In this document: in pieces, positions 1 through 12,690 of the stretch
Numbering within the stretch: the first letter of the stretch is position 1
Layout of the letters: every line of letters begins with the position of its first letter
Source of the DNA: Podarcis pityusensis
Lineage: Eukaryota
Reading direction: 5' to 3' (one strand)
Assembly (NCBI GenBank): GCA_964106645.2
Contig: OZ067040.1
DNA length: 64,000 bases
Notes under the pieces: model-generated
What the model saw: the letters and a program-made list of their open reading frames with translations, nothing else
Database searches by the model: none
Told to the model about the DNA's origin: nothing
Translations under genes and position numbers: made by a program

Positions 1-797
1 ACGGATGTTGATAGGATGCATCCTTACCAAAAGGGATATTGGTAAAATGAACTGGAAGAGGCGGATAATTGAAGTTTGAGTCATATCACATGTCAAAGTC
101 ACTAGTTACAAGAGATTATACCTTTGACCAGAGATAATGGCTAAATTCTGGTGACTAATCTGGAAAGGGCTGTGTATTTTTTAGTGCGTTTCTTTAGTTA
201 TTTGATACGTTTGTCCTTTTGAGCATGGAGCGAAAACAAGGAACTTTGTGATTAAGGGTGAAATCCCCTGGTTCCTGGAGATATGTCCTGGGGGCTGCCT
301 GTGGGAGAAGGAGATCTGTGCGGGGAGGTGGTGGTCTGCCTTTGCAAGCATCCCTGTTGCAAGCACGGAAATATCCACCACTATGCCTGCTCCAATGGTG
401 GTAAAGACAACAGAGGGGTGGTAGAGAATAGAAGGTTTTGAATCTACTAGATTTAATGCCTGTCCATTCCTTTTACACACCCCTGGAGCTGGTGTACTTA
501 TAGTACCTCCCACTAGGAGAGGGATTTTTTTTTTAAAAAAAATGCCCCAAAGAGTAGAAGAAAACGCTGCCCCACCAACCACCTTCCACTCTGCCAGAAC
601 AAGACTGTTCCTCTATCTTGGATCCTGCTTCCTCCAACCATGTAGGTTTGCTCTGCCCTTCTGAGTACTCTCTGTTACCATGGCATGCTGGATGAGCACA
701 CATGCATGTTTCATCGTTTGTAAATGCTAGCACATTCAAGCTACATCTGCAGAACCTATCAGCTGGGATGGGTCCACTTCTTTGGTTCCTCTGATGT

Positions 798-1307
798 TGT
801 CAGGCTGCTGCCAGCGACTCCTGGCCCGTTGCCCAGGAATGTACAAAGACAAGGAAAAGTTTCTTACCGTTCACTTTTTATTCAGTATTTACAGAGAGAG
901 GCTCTAGAACCCAGCCTCTTGGATAATGGCATTGTCCCGAGTGAATCTCCACCCCTCGGTCTCTCCCACTTCCTCATTCGTCAATCTCATCGTCTCTCCT
1001 ATGGATGCTGCTACATGCCCTTTGTCTTTGAGCTCTTTGCTCTCCTACTTTCAAGGCTCGCTGGGTTCTGGGGGTGGGTGGGTCTGGAATGCTTTCTAAA
1101 GACACTGTGTCCATCAGCTGTCACTCCCCTGGTGCTTCCTCCTCCTCATCTCCCATTATTTCCCAAATTTTCCCCTCATCTGCCTCTGAGTTGTGACCTC
1201 CCTCAAACCCCTGTTGTAAATCTAAACGGTCTTCCTCTTCCTCCTCCCTGGAAGGGTCAAGCTGGGGAGGTAGTCTCCACCATTCCTGCTTTGCCCAGTC
1301 CCTGAAA
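798..1307 (-). mobile_element. Solo LTR, Gypsy-type (510 bp)
   Basis: Ends TGTCAGG...CCTGAAA (TG..CA with one substitution). Perfect 5-bp TSD GATGT at 793-797 and 1308-1312. AATAAA on minus strand (TTTATT 877-882). Confidence 0.85.
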
Positions 1308-1481
1308 GATGTCCAAACATCTGGGGTTACTGTACCTTCGCACTGGGTGCATGCACACACATCAGAAGAGAACATCCATTCTTCCTTAAGGTTGGGTATC
1401 AAACATGGATAGAGGTAGACAGGCAGGTTGCAGACTTACAGGCTAGACAGAGTGGGATCAAGTTAGAAATTAGAAATAGAG

Positions 1482-1595
1482 CAGGGCTGAATAAACTGAG
1501 GCCCTTTAGATGTTGCTGAACTACATCTTCCACCATCGTTCACCATTAGCTATGCTGTCTGGAGCTTATGGAGGATCATAGGTTCCCCACTCCTG
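1482..1595. mobile_element. Short non-autonomous hAT MITE
   Basis: CAGGG...CCTG ends; core AGATGTTGCTGAACTACA shared with other copies in the window; 8-bp TSD AAATAGAG/AAATATAG. Confidence 0.7.
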
Positions 1596-1627
1596 AAATA
1601 TAGGGTGGATATCATTCTCCCAACAGC

Positions 1628-1787
1628 GTTGTTGTTTAGTCATTTAGTCATGTCTGACGCTTCGTGACCCCATGGACCAGAGCACACCAGGCACTCCTGT
1701 CTTCCACTGCCTCCCGCAGTTTGGTCCAACTCATGCTGGTAGCTTTGAGAACACTGTCCAACCATCTCATCCTCTGTCATCCCCTTC
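1628..1787 (-). mobile_element. RTE-BovB LINE 3' end, 5'-truncated
   Basis: GTTGTTGTTTAGTC..GACCCCATGGACCAGAGCAC matches the BovB 3' terminus; near-identical to copies at 8751, 23113 and 35854. Confidence 0.9.
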
Positions 1788-3736
1788 ATTACCATAATGA
1801 GGGAAAGATGTCTGCCTATTGCTCAGTAGCAACAGATTGGACCTTCAGAATCACATGACTTTTCCAGGCCAGGAGGACCATGGACTACTTGGAAATAGCC
1901 TCTATTTCCTCCTGTGGGGAGTGACTGCCTGGTCAACAGGGCTCCTGACATTTATGCACATCTTCGCATGTACTAGTGGCAGGAATGTGTGTTAGCGCAG
2001 CTTGGAGCAAACACTGTGGGTTAAAATAATATGACTTTGTTCTTTCTGCTCTACTGCTTTCTCCCATCATTTGGCGACGTTTGAAGGGAACAAGCTCCTG
2101 TTATTAAAATAGCTCTTGCCAGCCTCACTTGGTCTATTTCAGGGGCTGGTTCGTTCTGACATATATAGGATACAGTGTCCTTGTAGAAACCGCAGCCACA
2201 AGAAGCAATCATTCAAAGTAAAACAAATTCCCGCGGAACCTAGAGCAATTCCTTCACACCACGTTCCCTCACACTCCTTAAAATAAATTGTGGCTATTGT
2301 TTTCCTTTGGCTTCCTCTGCTCATTGGGTTTGGTGTGTTTGTGTTTAGTGGTGAGACTGCTGACAGTACTGCAGTGGCATCATGGACCCCTGACCTACTA
2401 GAGTTATATATCTGGAGTAACCGTGAGAATAAAAATAAACCATGTGTGGCTGCTTTGATTCTAGAGCTGGAAGGAAGAACCAGACTCCATCTTCCATCAG
2501 TCCCAGCCCAGTATAGGCAATGGTCGGGGATGAGTTGTAGTATGACAAGTTCTCCATCCCTGCTCTAGAGGGATCCCTAATGTAAATGAGTCTGGATCCA
2601 GCCTGAAATCAATGGACTTGATCCTTGAAACTGGTGCACTGGTTGCCTGCAAAATATCCCTGGCTAGGGCAGTGGCCACATGAAAACAACACAGGGGTAT
2701 AAGGCAGTAGTTCACTAATGGAATTAATGGAATGAATATTTGCCTTATTTTTGGATACAAATCCTCTGGCCTAGATGATCAGGGAGGTGGGTGGTGAAGG
2801 CACTCCAAGTACTGTCTCCTTTCCTTCAGTTGTATTGTGAATTGTGACCTGAAAACAGGAAAGCAACAGCGATCCAATCCAACCCATCTCCCACCCCCCA
2901 ATCTGCTGTGCTGGAATGTGTTTGGATGTGGCGGAGGCATTCCTCCACCTGGCCCTGCTGGGGTCTGCCTGCTGGGGTTGCCTGCTGCCACCATGGAGGT
3001 CTATACCATGCCTGCCAAAAGTGTGGGCAGAAGCTACCGCCAGCATACTCCTGCCAGCAATAAGAGACAGGCTATTTCTGGGTGGGGAAGGGCAGATCTT
3101 CTGGAACTTAAGTCAGTCCAGCTACTTGTGGCAGACTTGATTTGGGATTCCTTCCTTAGTCTGATGCTGACTTCTGTTTCCCCAGCCCCCTCCAGCTGCT
3201 TTTTCACGATTTTATGCTTTACTTGGTTTTTGTTTTTTTAAATATACTTATTTATTATACACAACCCAAACAACTCTGTTATGGGGTGGGGCATACAAAT
3301 GTCATAAACAAAGCTAAGGAGATAGTTATGAGCAAAAATCAACACTGCAGAGAGGTGCTTGGTGGGAGTTCCGAAGAAAGTCAGTTGCAAATTGTCGGCA
3401 AGTTTTGCAACAGCACCTCTTTGTTTCCTAGCAACATAGATGATTTTTCCGCACAGAGCAAGATATTTAAGAAAGGACTATACAGGTGCATGAAATGGTT
3501 TGGCAGGTCACGGAGGGCATGCACTTGGGTGCGTGAGAGTCTTTTCCAGAATTTACGACATGTACCGATTTGACATTTAATTGAGCATTTGGCCCCAGTC
3601 ATGAGAAAACAGTAGGATGGGCTTGGAAAATAACAGTTTATCCACCTTAACAGGAAAAGGCAAAGTGAAGGCAAGCATTGGGAAACCTGAGAGTTGCTGA
3701 TAACTTTTTTTGTTCTTTGACTGAAGTATATCTGTA

Positions 3737-3962
3737 CAGTGGTACCTCGGGTTACAGACGCTTCAGGTCACAGACTCTGCTAACCCAGAAATAGTACCTT
3801 GGGTTAAGAAGTTTGCTTCAGGATGAGAACAGAAATCGCGCAGCTGCAGCACGGTGGCAGTGGAAGGCCCCATTAGCGAAAGTGGTACCTCAGGTTAAGA
3901 ACAGTTTCAGGTTAAGAACGGACCTCCAGAATGAATTAAGTTCTTAACCCAAGGTACCAGTG
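3737..3962 (+). mobile_element. Tc1/mariner (Tigger/pogo-type) MITE, copy 1
   Basis: TIR CAGTGGTACCTCGGGTTA...TAACCCAAGGTACCAGTG; TA on both sides. Confidence 0.9.
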
Positions 3963-5240
3963 TAGTTTTAAATCAGCCTGTGGAACATTTTGCCTGATGG
4001 CACTGCGTCTTTGAATTGTGCTGCTGCTGCTTGCTTGTCTGGCTGGAGAGAGGTGTGTTTAGAACCCTTTGACTTGTACGTGGCTGGCATGTAGCCTACT
4101 CTTCCTCCACCCACTTTTTTGCCTCTGGCCCCACAGTCTACTGGCATTCGGCCCTCAGGCTGAAAATGGTGCCCAATCCCTGCCCTAGTTGCCTGATAGC
4201 CCTTTGACTGGAGATGTCAAGGATTGAACCTTGGATCTTTGTCCCTCAGCTTTGATCGATAAGCACATGTCTCTTTATCCATGACCACATGCACACCTAG
4301 GAAATGACGGCTGAAGTTGACGTCCTGCTAAGGCCATGCTGCTTAATGCTTGTCAGCCAAGCAGCTACGTGCAGGTTATCATGCAATCCTCAAAATGGAA
4401 GGAAATGTCATCTCCTGTGAGGAGGCCAGGAGGGGAAAGGCTTCTAGAACGGAGGGTGTGGCTTTGAGGCAGGTTTGAGCAAAGGCATCTCCAGTCTTAG
4501 TAGGTCTCACAGTGTCAGTTGGCAAATCCTTTGATTGCCTAGGGTTGATTTTGAATTCTAAGGAACTTGCTAGAATTATATCCAATTTTATACCATGACT
4601 CACACTGTGGGGCCAAGGCAACTAACTGATTAGGGCGTCATAAATCACCTAGTACCCTACACCTAGTAAGGGGCCGAACAATATAATCCTTAGAATTCGA
4701 GGGAGGTTTCTCATCTATGAAAGGCACAATTTACTACTATTGTATAAAGTCAGCCTCTGGAAGAAGTAAATTAAAGACACTTCCAAATTGTATTTATTTA
4801 AAGATATATCAATAGATATTGAATGCTTGCAGCATATTGGTGGGTACCTAAGGCCTACTTAGATTGAAGGCTTTTCCACACTGGAGTTTACTGTATGCTT
4901 GCAGCTGTTTGTGTTCCCATTTATTTTGGGTAGTCCACATAGCATTGCCCTTAAGCAATACCAGCCTCAATGCTTTCCCTCTGTAAATTCAGGTTTATCC
5001 AACATGGGGTAAAACCAGAAAGCTGGGGAAGATCGGGCTCCACACCACTCCGCTCAAGGCCACAGATAATTTGGTTTGATATTTTGGGTTGTGTGGATCG
5101 GTTGTCACTTTTGGCTACTCCCTTTCCCATGTCCACTACTTCCTTCATATTTTCATTTCTTTTCTGGCAATGCTCGTAACTATTTCTGGCTTGGTTCTGA
5201 ATGGGGGAGCAATAGATCTATAGATCCCTCAGATTTGCTC

Positions 5241-5445
5241 TGTGGAACGCCCTCCCACCAGATGTCAAAGAGAACAACAGTTATTAGACTTTTAGAAGAC
5301 ATCCGAAGGCAGCCCTGTTTAGGGAAGCCTTTAATGTTTGATGCATTACTGTATTTTAATATTTTGTTGGAAGCCGCCCAGAGTAGCTGGGGAGGCCCGG
5401 CCAGATGGGTGGGGTATAAATAATAAATTATTGTTGTTGTTGTTG
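5241..5445 (+). mobile_element. L2 LINE 3' end with (TTG)n tail
   Basis: Encodes WNALP-type ORF2 end; 3'UTR matches the 11751 copy; candidate TSD TTGCTC at 5235-5240 and 5446-5451. Confidence 0.8.
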
Positions 5446-6649
5446 TTGCTCAAAATCAGAAAATGCAGACGTGCTGAGAATTTACAGTTGCCTGAATGTG
5501 TGCTTCTGTGCACCTTCTGGGTGGGGAATTCTTTTAAAAACAAGAAAGTACCTGTTGGCACTTAATCAGCATAGTAGAATTAACAACTTAAAAGGTAGGG
5601 ACAAACAGAAAAGGGAACGCCTACTGATATGAATGGGAGAGACCAAAGTTGTTCCTCATACAAATTCAAGTATACTTTGGTGTGGATTACTCCAGTCTAA
5701 TTCAACAGGAGGGGAAGTGGATTAACAGCTGAATAAGGCTCAAATGTGACAAGCTGCTAGTTTTCCTGGAGGTGGTAAATGTGCATGTGCATTAGACCAC
5801 TTCAGATGGAATGTGGAAAGTCTTAGAACTGAATGATGAGTCTTAAACATTTTTTAAAAAATCTGAACTCCAGAAACAAATATGTCTGGATCAGGTTAGT
5901 ATTAGACTAGAATACTTCTCACTGACATTCTAGTTTTCAAGCACGTGAGCTCTCCACCCCCTGAGGTTAGCTCCTCAGTAACAACTATGCCTTATATTGG
6001 TGCTTAGACTGGAGAAGTTGAAATGGTTTTGAGAGAGCTGTTGCTAACCATGATGTGCACACACATTTCTTTTGTTGCCTATGGCTAAAAAGATTTTGAA
6101 TGCTTTCTGAGCACTGCAAAGCCGCAGAGCCTCTTCACCAAACACAATAGTGGGGTGAGTGTACACACTGCAATCAGTGTCTTCTCCTTCAAAGGGCAAT
6201 CAGCTTCCTAACCTGAACTCTCTTTCCATTTACAGCCTTTCTCCATTTCCAGGAGTCCACCAACTGGATTGTCTCAATACTATTGGTCTTTTGTGATCTC
6301 TCAGCTTTGCTAGTGTTCTAAAATGTCAAAGATCTGTTTTTTTTTAAAAAAGCGTTTTGGCAGCTTGTTAGGTGAAATAATTGTTTATTTCTGTGTAGGA
6401 GAAAATACTCATCCTTCATTATAAAAGCAAACCACATGGCAAATGTCAACAGGATAAGAGCCAAAATGCAGCTACTGGGAAACAAGAGGGAGGCACCTGT
6501 ATACTGGGGTTTCCCTAGGGATTGCATAAGTATAGAAAAACCCATTTTAAACATCCTAAGGGTGCACACACCCAATTTTCAAATGTGGACTGAACACACT
6601 AGTTGCAGATTTTTGAGTGGCAGATGCAGTGCTGGTTGGCTCGGTGCTG

Positions 6650-6850
6650 CCAGTCACCTGATCTCCCATCACCCACATCCTAGTGGTAGCAGCAAAGTAC
6701 TGAGGCAGTGTCAAGGTTGGTGCAGTGCAAATGCAGTGGTGGAGTCAATCTGTCCTCCGGCCAATGTGTTTGCACCACACCAACCTCACTGTTGTCTCCT
6801 CTACCTTGAAAGCAGCAGTGACCTGGGCAACAGGAAGTCAGGTGAGTGCT
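6650..6850. mobile_element. Degenerate palindromic (fold-back) MITE
   Basis: Inner arms 6706-6791 (AGGTTGGTGCAGTGCAAATGCA / TGTGTTTGCACCACACCAACCT) plus outer TCACCTGA/TCAGGTGA. Confidence 0.55.
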
Positions 6851-7044
6851 GCAACTCTGCAAACTGTTACTGACCAGATGGAAAAGAAAGATGAAAAATG
6901 TGGGGAAACAGAATGGAGTATCCTGGAGGAAGATTTGACTGGCTGGCCACGACCCTATATAAGAGCATTCCTGCTAGACAGTGAGGATGCAAACCCATAT
7001 TTTGTATTAGGTTATACTTGTTGAAGTTACTGTTTAGAACCTTG

Positions 7045-7155
7045 GCCACAGTCCACCAGAGCAATCTCCTGGGCATGCCTCACTGAAATGAACAGGAGCT
7101 GCTCCTGTTCTTTTGTAGACGGGATCACTTAAGAGAAGTTCCTGGTGGATCAGAC
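7045..7155. repeat. Palindromic MITE remnant
   Basis: Perfect 10-bp inverted repeat GAACAGGAGC-T-GCTCCTGTTC at 7090-7110 inside outer arms TCCACCAG...CTGGTGGA. Confidence 0.55.
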
Positions 7156-8750
7156 CTCTTTTGTGCTTGCTACCGGATCCAGTGGATGTGGTTCATTCAT
7201 TTGGATTGTTCCGTGATTCATTTGAACCCCTTGTTCTCTGAAGAAGAAATAAATGAACCATTTAAGTCTCCTAAATCTTGTAAGTTTACAATTTTGAAGT
7301 GCATAAAGGACGCAGCAGCATACAAATGATTACCTAAGAACTTGGCAACACAGAAACCAATTAATGCAGTTAATGCGAACCCTTTGTTAACTGAATGCAG
7401 AACAATTGCATCTATTTTTCTCTGCTGAATGTTGGAGAGCATGCAATAATGATCCCATTCAAAGGCCCCTTGGTATCTTAAAAATGCATGGTAGATGCCC
7501 TGTTAAACCAGGTGGGACACACACACAGCTAAAACATGTAAATTATTTCTGGCATCCTTGATCCTAGTCTATAGTGTTATTGTTGAATGTCGTCTGTATT
7601 AATTGGAAGATGTGGTGCTTGGATTGTCAAAGACAATAAGCCCAACCCAGGGTGAAGGCACTAATAAAACAACTGTAACTCTCCATCACAAAAGCCAGCG
7701 AAAATGAATGAGAAGAATAAAACATAATATTTTTGGAACGTTACACATGCCAAGCAATGGAAAATGTGGGTGGGCTTAGGCCATCACCATCAATACACAG
7801 GATACAATGGCTTTGTAGAAACTACCAGTTCCCAAAACCTCCAGTCACCACTCCAAATTACAGTGTGCAACTTTTTCGTCCTTTCATACCACCCCCAAGA
7901 GATTTTCCATGACGGAAACGTGTTGGAATGTGTGAAGCACCCCTGAGTGGTAAGTAGATGTAAGATTTCCACTTGGTCAGTTTTTAACCAATCTGGCCTT
8001 TTGCAGTTTGGGGTGTGTGTATTTGTGTGTGTGTAATGCAAATGTATCTCTCTCCTGGCTTGTTACTTGCCATGCATTTCTCCATTCTCCTGCCAGGATC
8101 TAAAGATACCTCAGAGGTTACATTCCCATCTTGCAGTTAATGCCATCTATGCCTCTTTTGTTTCTTAAAAGAAAATAAAAATAAACATTGCACTTGGACT
8201 AGAATCTGTTCTGTAAAAGGCTTCTCATTGTCTCTGAGTGTTTCAGAGGAGACATCTGTCTTCTGCCACAGCATAATACTGTGCTCTTAAATTTGGCTCA
8301 TCTTCTGACAGCTTCCTTTGTCTCCTTTTACCTTCTTTCTCCTGCTGTTTTGACTCCTGCTTCAGTGTTATATATCCTTCATCCTTTCATACTTGTTGTT
8401 ATTTCCCCATTGCCAGGCAGCCATTGAAGTCGTTATTTCTTTGGTAAAAAAAATATGAGGTGCCAGTACTCATATCCCGATAAATTGTAAAATGCCTCTC
8501 CCATCATTCCTTTCTCCTTGTGCCCCCACCCCACTGGTGGTTAGTAGTTTCTCTAAGTTGCTTAGAGACAGTTCCAAGAGTAAACTGACTACTTACAAAT
8601 AGTAATAGCAGCAGAAGAGTCAATGGACCGGGGGGGGGGGGCTGCTGCTGCTAGAAGGTCATGGAGGTGTGGCCAAGTTGTCCTGGTTTTCTTCCCATCC
8701 TTCACCTCTGAAAATATACTGTGGACAATTAAGTACTGCAGATGTACAAA

Positions 8751-8980
8751 TTGTTGTTTTGTTGTTTAGTCGTTTAGTCATGTAGTCATGTCCGACTCTT
8801 TGTGACCCCATGGACCAGAGCATGCCAGGCACTCCTGTCCTCCACTGCCTCCCACAGTTTGGTCAAACTCATGCTGGTAGCTTTGAGAACACTGTCCAAC
8901 CATCTCGTCCAGCCTTCTTTATGGTCCAGCTCTTACTTCCATACATCACTACTGGGAAAACCATAGCTTTAACTATACGG
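8751..8980 (-). mobile_element. RTE-BovB 3' fragment with internal deletion
   Basis: BovB 3' end that jumps near 8910 from CATCTCGTCC to AGCCTTCTTTATGG when compared with the 23113 and 50874 copies. Confidence 0.85.
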
Positions 8981-8999
8981 GCCACAAATACTTAGTACC

Positions 9000-9335
9000 A
9001 AACTAAACTGAAAAGCATCTTTGGAAGCCATCTTTTGAAATTTGCACTTTGTTGAATTTTGCACTATACTTGTCCAGCCAACTAATGTGTACAAAAAAAT
9101 CATGCATAGGAGTGCATATATTAATGGAACTAACATACAAAGTGCATTAAATCAGAGGATAGTAGCAAAAATGTGTATATTAGGAGAAATTAGCACTAAA
9201 ATGCTGTTGAATTTTCATGAGGTTTTTATTTTATCTTAAAACAATTGCAAATTACTGTTGAAAAGTGGAGAACTGAATTTAGGGGAAAACAGAATTGGAA
9301 ATAATGAATTGGAAAAAATGAGTAATGGGGAGCAC
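9000..9335 (+). mobile_element. AT-rich TAGGGATG-TIR DNA element family, partial copy
   Basis: Shares TATATTAGGAGAAATT..CTAAAATGCTG..GAATTTTCATGAGG with copies at 16.6, 28.7, 34.6, 45.2, 51.2 and 63.1 kb. Confidence 0.6.
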
Positions 9336-9727
9336 CATGGATAGAGATGTAGATCTGCTCTGCCCTGTGGTTCTTGGGACAGCCTGCCAGGGACCATAGG
9401 ACTGTATACTAAGTTAAATTTAAAAATCCCAAACTTCCAATTAATACTTTTAAAATCATTTTTAAAATCTTGAAAAGAAATCTTTTGGGTATATGTTCAA
9501 TGAGGTCTCAGCCTAGGTGTGACTAACTTTTTCTCATGATGCATTCCAAAGTGATGCCATATACAGAGAGACATTCTTAATGGCTGGTTCACATTTTTCG
9601 ATCCCCTTTCTTTGGAAATTCATTAGAGTTTGTGACTTTTAAACTTTAATACTTATGTCCCCATTAACACCCATGCATATGTTTTGGGCATCAAATGTGA
9701 GTTTGTCGGGCTGCTATAGCTTGCTAG

Positions 9728-9992
9728 AAGGAGGAGGAAGAGGAGGAGGAGGAGGAGAGTTTGGACTTGATATCCCACCTTTCACTCCCCTTAAGGAGTC
9801 TCAAAGCGGCTAACAATCTCCCTTCCCTACCTCCCCCACAACAAACACTCTGTGAGGTGAGTGAGGCTGAGAGACTTCAGAATAGTGTGATTGCCCAAGG
9901 TCACCCAGCAGCTGCATGTGGAGGAGCAGGGAAGCGAACCCGGTTCACCATATTACAAGTCCACCGCTCTTAACCACTACACCAGGCTGGCT
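9728..9992 (-). mobile_element. Squam3-type tRNA/CORE SINE with (CCT)n tail
   Basis: Minus strand starts AGCCAGCCTGGTGTAGTGGTTAAGAG (A box), has a B-box-like GGTTCGCTTCC, a MIR-like core and a purine-triplet tail on the plus strand. Confidence 0.8.
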
Positions 9993-11529
9993 GCCATCTT
10001 GTTTGACTGGACAGGACAGGACAGGTGCTGTGAAAAAGCAGAGAGAGGAAAGATAAGATAACAAGTGTTCTGCCCCCATCCACTGCCCCTTCCTATTTAG
10101 AACTGCAGTGGTGAAAACCATACCAAGGCCACCTGTGTATGCAGGCTTGATTGCCATTGCGACGCAGCAGCAGGCACGAGGCCAGCACAAGCCCATCCCT
10201 ATTTGCATGATTAAGAACAGCTAGTGCTGAATTTCACAGATCTTTAACTAGCTTTGAAGGATCAATGCAAGAAGAATTGCTAGTGTAAGAAGTTTCTCTG
10301 GGCTTGGCACAGGAGCTGCCTCTTCTTGCCAGCATGGCTGCCACTGAGGTCCATTCGCTTCCTTTATTTTCAGATGAGTGAATCATCAAAATCCTTACGT
10401 CAAATCTGATTATATAACTTGCCATCAGTGTCATCACCTGTCCTCAATGGGTTTATTGTTGAGCTGTAAAGAATCATAGCTTGAAACCAACCTAATAATG
10501 AAATAACAGTTAGATGTTGACTTTTTGCCAGGGCTGTGTGTACTCTGCTGCACTAAAAATTAATAAATTAAATCTCTCTGTTAAGGCAACCTGAATTCTA
10601 TACCAAGAAAAGCCGGATTTGTTGGCCTGTATGAGTTACACACTTTAAGTAGCTTTCCATAATTTCTTTTGTTCTGCATAATTTATTCTACTTTTTTCCT
10701 ATTTTGCATAATTTATCATGGCTCTGCTGGGAGCAGGGAGACAAGGTCCTATGCCTGTCAGTGAAACCTCAATGTTTTGTCTGCTCAGAATTGAATTTAG
10801 CCTCCCTTCTGGCTTCGGAGATTTCATACACAAACTTCTCAAGCATTCTCTTTGCATTCACAAAGATTAGAAACTTGTGGGCTTTTAAATTTTATTTTTA
10901 AATAAGAGTTGACATTCTTGGGAAGCTGAAATCTGTATATAATGCCATAGTTTGACTTTTTCTACACTTCTGTGGCAACCACCCACGGTTCATTAGATCT
11001 GCATAAACTGCCTGCACACTGTTCATTCCCATTTCCCTATGTTATAAACTCCTCTGAACAAACTTCTGAATTGGAGATACTTAAGGGCTGGTTGTCCTAA
11101 TAATACATTGCCTAGATGGTTTGTGCTACACTACTGGTTATTAAAGTACTGTCTCCCTGCTCCTGAGGAGATCACCGCAAGGTAGTGGGGATTCCATGCC
11201 CCTTGTCCTAGGTGATGCATATACAAATGGTGGCATGCAGAGAGAAAGAAATAGGATGAGTCACCTATCCGGGCTATCCTACAGGGTTGGTGCTGGAGCA
11301 GGTGGTGCTGTCCGTCACATTTATTAAGAAACCTGGAAGAGATGGTACCTTTCCCTACTGCATTAATTCATTTTAGATTTCTTCAATTTCCTCTTGAAAT
11401 TGTTTTAATTTCATTTTGTTTACCATATATACTGATTTAAATTGTAACCTACATTGTTCGAAGGATATAGGATGGGTGACAAGCCTTCAAAGACAAAGCA
11501 GTCGCTGCAAATTAAAAGCACCTTCAAGT

Positions 11530-11530
<1 letters not shown>

Positions 11531-11561
<31 letters not shown>
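11531..11561. repeat. (ACA)n microsatellite
   Basis: Direct reading. Confidence 0.95.
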
Positions 11562-11562
<1 letters not shown>

Positions 11563-11750
11563 CTTTATTACGGTCGTAGACCAACATCTTCAAGTATAAC
11601 TTGTGACTATCTCATGCTAGATTAGCCGTGGTTTTTAACTGAAAGATTTATTCAGCTCATCTGACTGAACAGCCAGCAGTTCTCGGTACGTTACCTGGGG
11701 GGGGGGGGGAGGAGAGCTCTGGACTAATTACCAGAGCATCTGATCACCAG

Positions 11751-12093
11751 AGTATACCTGAAGGAGCATCTCCACCTCCATCGTTCATCCCGGACACTGA
11801 GGTCCAGCGCTGAGGGCCTACTGGCAGTTCCCTCACTATGAGAAGTGAAGCTACAGGGAACCAGGCAGAGGGCCTTCTCGGTAGGGGCACCCACCCTGTG
11901 GAATGCCCTCCCATCAGATGTCAAGGAAATAAACAACTACCTGACTTTTATAAGACATCTGATGGCAGTCCTGTTTAGGGAAGTTTTTAATGTTTGATGT
12001 TTTATCATTTTTTAAATATTCTGTTGGGAGCCACCCAGAGTAGCTGGGGAAACCCAGCCAGATGGGCAGGGTATAAATAATAAATTGTTATTG

Positions 12094-12139
<46 letters not shown>

Positions 12140-12150
12140 CATCATCATCA
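11751..12150 (+). mobile_element. L2 LINE 3' end with (TTA)n/(TCA)n tail
   Basis: Plus frame reads YLKEHLHLHRSSRTLRSSAEGLLAVPSL*..QRAFSVGAPTLWNALPSDVKEI, the L2 ORF2 C-terminus with a stop; 3'UTR and microsatellite tail follow. Confidence 0.9.
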
Positions 12151-12559
12151 TCTGAGCAGTAAAGTGGTGCTGCTGAACGATGTTTCATCAGAGAAGCTGC
12201 TTGTGCATCTGTACGTCTCTGTGTCATATGAGATATATTTTGCTCTCTCTCTCTCTCTCCTTTTCTCAGAAGCTGACAAACCATCAGTTGCAAGCTTAGT
12301 CATACGAGTGACCCTTGAACAGGCAGTTGTATACGACTCATCCATTCCAAGCACAAATTGCTACTACTGACTTCCTGAGGTCATGTGCTACATATTCACT
12401 GCCTGTGGCTCCTGGTTGCACAAGAACAGCAGCAGTGTCAGGTTTCAAGGCCTGCTATAGCATGCTTTCTCTCTCTTGTACTGTAATCTGAGGTTACACG
12501 CCAAAGTTCTTACTCATCCCCCCACCCCATTTCTGTTATAGGGTTAGACCCAGCCTGAG

Positions 12560-12690
12560 ACTTAGGTTAGGCTGAGAGATAGGGATCATTAACCCCAAGG
12601 TCATTCAGTGAATTGAATAGTTGTGTTGGGAACTGAACCCATATCTCCATAGGGTGAAGCTGACACTCTATCAACTGCATCACACTGGTA
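12560..12690 (-). mobile_element. Old MIR/CORE-like SINE fragment
   Basis: AGGTTAGGCTGAGAGA..CCCAAGGTCATTCAGTGA..GAACCCA resembles the 9728 SINE. Confidence 0.55.

Noticed and set aside
724-1305. Longest ORF in the track (193 aa, plus strand)
   Set aside because: Antisense to the solo LTR. It is Leu/Pro/Ser-rich because the strand is CT-rich, and I recognise no homology.
2987-2996. Perfect Kozak context GCCACCATGG
   Set aside because: No CpG island, no convincing donor and no recognisable peptide; the surrounding sequence looks like an old MITE.
7187-7285. ATG-led 31-codon frame ending at GTAAGT
   Set aside because: Weak exonic donor context (CTT), no promoter evidence, unrecognised peptide.
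12270-12370. Strong acceptor after a (CT)n tract followed by a short open frame
   Set aside because: The pyrimidine tract is a microsatellite; there is no GT donor and no homology.
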